Below are positions 58,000-64,000 of a DNA stretch of 64,000 bases, piece by piece (positions within the stretch are counted from its first letter, which is position 1; each line of letters opens with the position of its first letter). The notes below the pieces were generated by a model. That model made no database searches and was not told the DNA's origin. It was given only the letters and a program-made list of their open reading frames with translations. Location of the stretch: positions 576,001 to 640,000 of the forward strand of contig CAVQNG010000003.1 in assembly GCA_963713825.1 (NCBI GenBank), read 5' to 3'. The position numbers and the translations under genes were made by a program. The DNA is from an uncultured Acidobacteriota bacterium (GTDB taxonomy: Bacteria > Acidobacteriota > Thermoanaerobaculia > Multivoradales > JAHEKO01).

Positions 58000-60900
58000 T
58001 CATGAGACCTGCCGCAGATCGACAGGCTCGGTCTTGTCTTCTTGTCTGGGCAACCGTGCAACACGGGCCGGTTCACCGAGCCTCAAGAGACTCGGCAGGA
58101 GTAGCAGTGTGAAAATCGTGCTGACGCTCATTCCACCGACGATCACCACGGCGAGACCGCGGTAGATGGCGCTGCCAGCGCCCGGCATGAGCAGCAACGG
58201 CAACATGCCGAAGATGCTGGTCAGCGTGCTCATGAAGATGGGCCGCATCCGGAGGCGAAGTGCCTGGGAGACCGCACCGCGACGACTGATTCCTTCGCGT
58301 TCAGCGGTCCGCGTCTGATGCACCAGCAGAATCGCGTTGTTGACCACCAGACCCAGCAGAATGATGAAGCCGATCATGGTCAACAGATCCAGCGGCTGGA
58401 AGGTCAACAGGTTCAGCAACCGGAGCGCCACGACTCCACCGACGGTTGCCAGAGGGATCGCCAGTACGACCAGCAGGCTGTCTCGCATGGACCCGAACAG
58501 GGCGCTCATCAGCAGGAAGAGAACCAACAACGCCACCAAGAAGTTCTCGGTCATGTTTCTGACGGCGTTGCGCAAGCTGTCGGCACCACCGCCATACTGA
58601 ACTACTCCGTCGGCAGGCAACAGAGCCTGAATCTCCGGCTCCACATCCTCCTGCAAGGCAGTCAGTGTTTCCTCGAGCGACAGACCTTCGGGCGGCGTGA
58701 CATTGAGGGTGACGGTTCGTCGTCGGTCGATCCGGTGCAGGCTGCTCGGGCCCACGGTGCGCTCGATGTCCACCAGCTCGCCGATTTGGACTACGCCGCC
58801 CGCCGGTGTCGCAACCGGAATGCCAGCCAGCTCTTCGGGATTGCTCCAACCGTCGGCACGCAGGATGATGTCCATTCGCTTCTCACCATCGAAGTGCTCA
58901 CCAACGAATAGGCCATCGCCCATTGCGCGCACGATGCCAGCCACTCTGGCTCGGGTCCACCCCACCTCGAGGATGCGTCGGTCATCGGGGTGGAGTCGGA
59001 GCTCGGGCTCTGCCATCTCGGTTCCGGGCCAGGCCTGCACCTGCGCTCCGGGGATCGCCTCTTGCACCCGCTCCATGCCGACCCGCGCTGTGTCCAATAG
59101 CGTCTCGACGTCGGCGGACTGCAGATGCATGGCGATGTTCCGGCCACCTCCGAAACCCCCGAAGAGGTTGCCCTGAAAGACGAAAGCCTGTGTGTCCGGA
59201 AATCCGGTCACCACCTCATCTCGGACGATGGCTTCGAGCTCTTTGACTCGACCCTGATCCTTCGCCCGTACGCCGATCGTGCCGCCACCGGGCCAGAGGA
59301 GAACGTAGTAGTTCTTGAGCGCCGGCTCCTTGTCCCCGTCCATGTAGGGGCGCAACCGCTCGACCATGACGTCGATGATCTCGGTCTCGATCGTCTCGAT
59401 GTTCGCTCCCGGTGGAAAGTTGAAATAGGCATCGACCGCGTCCCGCTTCACAGGCGGCAGGTAGTCGAGCTTGGGGATCAGCATCCAGGTCGTGATCAGC
59501 GGAATCGACATCAGCAGAACGATGAGCACCAGGCGGCGAACAGGTGGGTCCGTCAGTCGGGTAATCCCCTCGGCCAGCCGATTCCAGAAGGCAGCGTGGG
59601 TGTCCTCCAAACCCTTCTTCGGCAGCCACTTCTTGGCGGCCGCCGGCAGGATCGTCACGGCCACCAGAAGGGAAATCGACACTGCAATTGCAATGGTCAG
59701 GGCCAGGTCGGCGAAGAGCTGTCCCTCTACATCCTTGAGGAAGATCACCGGCAGAAAAATCGCTACCGTTGTGGCCGTCGAGGCCAGCAATGCTCCCCAC
59801 ACCTGACTGCTGCCCAGGGCAGCGCTCTCATGGGCGTCGTGCCCCTCTTCCCGCAGACGGACAATGTTCTCCAACACTACGATCGCCGCGTCCAGCACCA
59901 TTCCGACCGCGAAGGCGAGACCCGCCAATGAGATGACATTGAGGGTCCTGTCGGCCAGATTGAGCACCACGAATGTGCCCAACAGCGAGATGGGGATGGC
60001 CATGGCCACCAACAGGGTGGCCCGAATGCGACGCAGGAACCACCAGAGAATCCCCACGGCCAGAACAATGCCGAGCATCAAATTGCTGGTCACCAGACCG
60101 ATGGCCCGATAGATGAACACCGAAGCGTCGAAGCTCTGAGCGATGGTCAGACCCTGCTCCGCGAGTGGCCCGTCCCGGAGCTCGGCCACCACTGCCTTGA
60201 CGTTGTTCAGAGCCTCCAGGACATTGGCACCGCTTTCCCGGTCGACGCGAATCGCCATGGCCGGATTGTTGTTCTGCAGGGCATAGTTGGTGGTGTCACC
60301 GCGACGAATCTCGATGTCGGCCACATCGCCCAGCTGAACCGGGCGGCCATCCCGCCACTCGATGACCAGGGCGGCCAGCTCCTCGGGCTTGTACCGACCC
60401 GCAAACCGCAGCGTGTATTGGCGACGGCCGACATCCACGAAACCACCGGAAACGTCGTCTGCACCGCCGGCAATGGCGGCCAGCTCTGGGATCTGGACCC
60501 CCAGCTGGGCGGCCCGGTAGGGGTCGAAGCGGATCTGCAGCTCCTCTGGAGCTCCGGCCATGACCTCGACGCCCGCGACACCAGGCACGGTCTCGATGCG
60601 CGTCGCCACCACGTCATCGACGAATCGCTGGTAGCTCTCGATGGGGCGGTTGTTGCCGGGCAGCAGCTGGATGAAGAACCAACTCAAAGCCTGGTTGGCG
60701 CCGCCGCCACCACCACCGCCGAGTTGGAGCACCGGCGGATCGGCGTCTCTCGGGAGGGGAGGCAGCCGATTGAGCCGGCTGATCACCTCGATGACCGTCT
60801 CCTGCATATCGGTCTCGAGATCGAAGGTCAGGTTGATCCAACTGCCACCCGGATTGGCGTTGGCGTTCATCTCCTGCAGGCCCGGTAGACCCTCCAGAAC

Positions 60901-61107
60901 GTCCTCTTGCGGCTCGAGGAGCTCGGATTCCACCTCACTGGGCGAAGCGGCCCGCCAGCCGGTCCAGATGGAGATCTGCGGCCGCTCGATATCGGGAAAC
61001 AGTTGCACCGGCAGCTTTGCCAGACTGAACATCCCAAAAACGATGATGATGGCGACGCCGACCGCCACTCCAGACGGGTTCCTGAGAGACATCTTGGTGA
61101 GATTCAT
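58000..61107 (-). CDS. RND efflux permease (AcrB/AcrD/AcrF family)
   Basis: LPVQLFPD, NVISLAGLAFAVGMVLDAAIVVLENI, RMRPIFMSTLT. Confidence 0.93.
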   Translation of the reverse strand: MNLTKMSLRNPSGVAVGVAIIIVFGMFSLAKLPVQLFPDIERPQISIWTGWRAASPSEVESELLEPQEDVLEGLPGLQEMNANANPGGSWINLTFDLETDMQETVIEVISRLNRLPPLPRDADPPVLQLGGGGGGGANQALSWFFIQLLPGNNRPIESYQRFVDDVVATRIETVPGVAGVEVMAGAPEELQIRFDPYRAAQLGVQIPELAAIAGGADDVSGGFVDVGRRQYTLRFAGRYKPEELAALVIEWRDGRPVQLGDVADIEIRRGDTTNYALQNNNPAMAIRVDRESGANVLEALNNVKAVVAELRDGPLAEQGLTIAQSFDASVFIYRAIGLVTSNLMLGIVLAVGILWWFLRRIRATLLVAMAIPISLLGTFVVLNLADRTLNVISLAGLAFAVGMVLDAAIVVLENIVRLREEGHDAHESAALGSSQVWGALLASTATTVAIFLPVIFLKDVEGQLFADLALTIAIAVSISLLVAVTILPAAAKKWLPKKGLEDTHAAFWNRLAEGITRLTDPPVRRLVLIVLLMSIPLITTWMLIPKLDYLPPVKRDAVDAYFNFPPGANIETIETEIIDVMVERLRPYMDGDKEPALKNYYVLLWPGGGTIGVRAKDQGRVKELEAIVRDEVVTGFPDTQAFVFQGNLFGGFGGGRNIAMHLQSADVETLLDTARVGMERVQEAIPGAQVQAWPGTEMAEPELRLHPDDRRILEVGWTRARVAGIVRAMGDGLFVGEHFDGEKRMDIILRADGWSNPEELAGIPVATPAGGVVQIGELVDIERTVGPSSLHRIDRRRTVTLNVTPPEGLSLEETLTALQEDVEPEIQALLPADGVVQYGGGADSLRNAVRNMTENFLVALLVLFLLMSALFGSMRDSLLVVLAIPLATVGGVVALRLLNLLTFQPLDLLTMIGFIILLGLVVNNAILLVHQTRTAEREGISRRGAVSQALRLRMRPIFMSTLTSIFGMLPLLLMPGAGSAIYRGLAVVIVGGMSVSTIFTLLLLPSLLRLGEPARVARLPRQEDKTEPVDLRQVS

Positions 61108-61354
61108 GGAGTCAGAGCCCTCCTGGCCCGCTGGCAACAAGTGGCTAGACCGCCCATCGGCAGCTGGTTCATGACAGACAGTTACGGAGGAATCCCGCTA
61201 AAGGTTGCCTAATCTCGCGGTTGCCTGCTTCCAGCCGGGTGAGTCCTGGGCGTGGCCTGTGAGAGGATAGTCACGCACCCGAGCTCAACACCCACAACCC
61301 GACCGGGCTCGACCCCGAGTCCAAGGCCGAGACGATGAAAGGAGATGGAAAGCC

Positions 61355-62092
61355 ATGACGGAAAGCGGAGCCGGCGAGCAATTACGCTGCCCACGCTGTG
61401 GCCATCTGGCTGCGGAGGGTGACAAGTTCTGCGCCGAATGTGGCATGTTCCTGCGCGATGCGTTCACCGATCAGCGCCTTCTGCTGGCTCTGGTCCACGA
61501 CAAGGAAGGGCGCAGCAAGGAGGCACGGCACGAGCTCGAGCGACTGCTGGAGCTGGAGCCGGATCATGCTCTCGCCAATCATTTGTTGGGCAACCTCTAT
61601 TTCCACCAGGGCACCCTCGAGCTGGCCATCGAGCGCTATGAGAGGGCCCTGGCGGCGGCACCCGAATTCGTCCTCGGTCACTACGACCTGGGCGTGGCGT
61701 GGTATCACCGCGGCAATATGCCGCAGTCGATTCGAGCTTTTCGGAGCTGCCTGGAGATCGATCCCCATTACAACGCGGCCCATTACCGGCTAGCGTTGGC
61801 GCTGTTTCACGCCGGACAGCTCGATGAAGCCCTCGAACACTTCGAGCAGGCCATCACCTTGACGCCCGAGTACCTCATGGCCAACTACCATCTCGGCGTC
61901 ATTCACGAGCGTCTTGATGAGTTACCGGCCGCCGAGCGCTCCTTCCGTCGGAGTATCGACGAGGCGGTAGGCGAGGTAAGCAGCCTCTATCACCTGGCAA
62001 TGCTCTTCAAAGCCCGCGGCGACGATGCGCAGGCCGAAGATCTGCTCGAGAGCGCCCGGGAATTCGGCAGCAAATACAAGATCAACGACTAG
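61355..62092 (+). CDS. Zinc-ribbon + TPR protein
   Basis: CPRC...FCAECG followed by about 5 TPR repeats; AAGGAG RBS. Confidence 0.85.
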   Translation: MTESGAGEQLRCPRCGHLAAEGDKFCAECGMFLRDAFTDQRLLLALVHDKEGRSKEARHELERLLELEPDHALANHLLGNLYFHQGTLELAIERYERALAAAPEFVLGHYDLGVAWYHRGNMPQSIRAFRSCLEIDPHYNAAHYRLALALFHAGQLDEALEHFEQAITLTPEYLMANYHLGVIHERLDELPAAERSFRRSIDEAVGEVSSLYHLAMLFKARGDDAQAEDLLESAREFGSKYKIND

Positions 62093-62109
62093 TCAGCGAG
62101 CCGTATACC

Positions 62110-63352
62110 TTGACCCGCCCCGAAGAGACCGACCTCATCCACGACTGGGCTGCAGACGGACCCCACCGCGCAGCGTGGCCGGACCACGTGATGTTGGATG
62201 ACGAGACCCTGCGGGACGGCCTGCAGAGCCCGTCGGTCACCGATCCGGGGCTCGAGGTCAAGGTCGAGCTGCTTCATCTGATGGACTCGTTGGGTATCGA
62301 GACCGTCGATGTCGGCCTACCGGGCGCTGGGCCGCGACAAGTCGAAGCCGTGACGCGCTTGTGCCGAGAAATAGTCGACCAGAAGCTCAGCATTCGTCCC
62401 AATTGCGCCGCCAGGACCCTGATGGTCGACATCCAGCCCATCGCCGAGATCTCTCAGCGCACGGGGATCCCGATCGAGGCCTGCGTCTTCATCGGCAGCA
62501 GCCCGATCCGGCTCTATGCCGAGGAATGGGACCTGAATCACATCCTGCGCCACACCACCGAGGCGGTGAGCTTCGCAGTGAGCGAGGGCTTGCCGGTGAT
62601 GTACGTCACCGAGGACACCATCCGCGCTTCACCGGAGCACTTGCGCGTTCTATCTGACTGCCGCCGTCGATGCCGGGGCACAGCGGGTCTGCTTGTGCGA
62701 CACGGTGGGCGCGGCCGTTCCCGAAGGGGTCATGAATCTCGTCACCTGGGTTCGTGACTTGCTCGACGAGGCGGGTGGCGACATCGGGATCGACTGGCAC
62801 GGCCATCGGGATCGAGCCCTGGATGTCGCCAACACCCTGGCGGCCATCAAGGCGGGCGCCAGCCGGGTTCACGGCACGGCCTTGGGAATTGGCGAGCGGG
62901 TCGGCAACACTCCCATCGAGCAGATCCTGGTCAATCTCAAGTTGCTCGGCGTCCGCCACGACGACCTCACACACCTTTCCGAGTACCTGGAACTGGTTGC
63001 CAAGGCGACGGGAATGCCCATACCCATCGGGACGCCCATCATCGGCCGGGACGCCTTTCGAACGGCCACCGGCGTCCACGCCGCGGCGGTCATCAAAGCC
63101 CAGAGGAAGGGAGATGCCTGGCTGGCCGATCGGATCTACTCGGGGGTACCGGCGAGTTGGATCGGCCGGGAGCAGGAGATCGAAATCGGCCACATGTCGG
63201 GCATGTCCAACGTACAGCACTACCTGGAGTCTCGAGGTCTGGACAGCTCCCACGAAATAGCCCAAGCCGTCCTACAAGCTGCCAAGAAGTCAGCCCGCGT
63301 GCTTGCCGAAGAAGAGATCCTGGAGATCGTTCACTCCCACCTGAAAGAGTAG
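62110..63352 (+). pseudogene. LeuA-family (isopropylmalate/citramalate/homocitrate synthase-like) gene with +1 frameshift
   Basis: DETLRDGLQ in ORF 62110..; CDTVG, HGHRD and GERVGN in ORF ..63352; removing one base near 62653 gives LRVLLTAAVDAGAQRVCLCDTVG; span is 3n+1. Confidence 0.85.
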
Positions 63353-63614
63353 AACCTTTCGAGCCACCGGCTCGGTGCCTTATCCTGCTCAGCGCTTCCC
63401 ACCTGTTCGGGTAGGGTCACTACCCCCACGGACGGGTATTGCCGGACTTGGCCGGCTCCCCGTAGCTTCTATACAGGTCTTGACAAGTCCGTTGCGCCAC
63501 GGGACTGGCCGGTAGAGGGCCCAGGTCCCCTATCCGCCACAGCCGAAGCACTCGGCACCTCACTCAATCTGCCAGTACGGAGGCGATCCCGCTCGCACAG
63601 AGAGGAGAACCGAC

Positions 63615-64000
63615 ATGCGCAAGTTGGCTTCGCTGGCCCTACCGATCAGCCTCGCCCTTCTCGCCTTCCCCGCGCTCCCGGCTTCAGCAGCACAGCCCGA
63701 GAACGGGCTTTCGTCTCTTCCATCACCTCTCGACCCGCGCCTCGAGATTCTGAGGTCCGAGCTCGCTGTTACCGAGAGGCAGATCGAAGACTTCCAGCGA
63801 GACAGGGTCGGCCGACTCTCCTCGATGGGCACTGCTCGTCCGAGACTCTCGAACGCGGACATGTACCCCGATCGCCTCGAAAGACTGGCTGAGCGCCTGA
63901 CAGCCTTGCGATCCGACTGGAAAGCTCTACCGGAAGCGGAGGCATCCGAGCTATTCAATGCTCTCCGAGGGCAGGTGCGCCGTTTGCACCGCGATGTGTC
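63615..64000 (+). CDS. Exported hypothetical protein, N-terminal part (truncated by window edge)
   Basis: GAGGAG RBS; MRKLASLALPISLALLAFPALPASAAQ signal peptide; open to the window end. Confidence 0.75.
   Translation, partial: MRKLASLALPISLALLAFPALPASAAQPENGLSSLPSPLDPRLEILRSELAVTERQIEDFQRDRVGRLSSMGTARPRLSNADMYPDRLERLAERLTALRSDWKALPEAEASELFNALRGQVRRLHRDV

Noticed and set aside
63353-63614. Possible riboswitch upstream of the last gene
   Set aside because: Some hairpins and a TTGACA are present, but no recognisable aptamer consensus or terminator.

Overview
GC-rich bacterial chromosomal window with about 58 protein genes and one tRNA (CAT anticodon, probably Ile2). Gene content (GWxTD protein, Oar-like TonB receptor, DUF6982-like protein, M48/CHASE2 cyclase module) suggests Acidobacteriota, but this is an inference. 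No CRISPR array, prophage, integrase or transposase was seen. Signals not in the ORF track: (1) a probable 61-aa membrane selenoprotein (34155..34340, minus strand) with an in-frame UGA followed after exactly 11 nt by a 17-nt hairpin resembling the E. coli fdhF SECIS. (2) A dispersed composite repeat system at about 9 intergenic sites, made of a 164-bp TIR-bounded MITE-like unit, G-rich octamer arrays, and a constant C-rich 24-mer alternating with variable covarying hairpins; it repeatedly starts at or supplies gene stop codons. (3) A structured RNA candidate between the tRNA and its terminator. (4) A sigma54 promoter ahead of a TonB receptor/peptidase/OPT cluster. (5) A GAF-like + acidic repeat + RomX-like protein. 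(6) A periplasmic protease/CHASE2 adenylate cyclase module facing a cNMP-domain MscS channel. (7) Two single-base frameshifts. All family assignments come from motif recognition only; no database searches were run.
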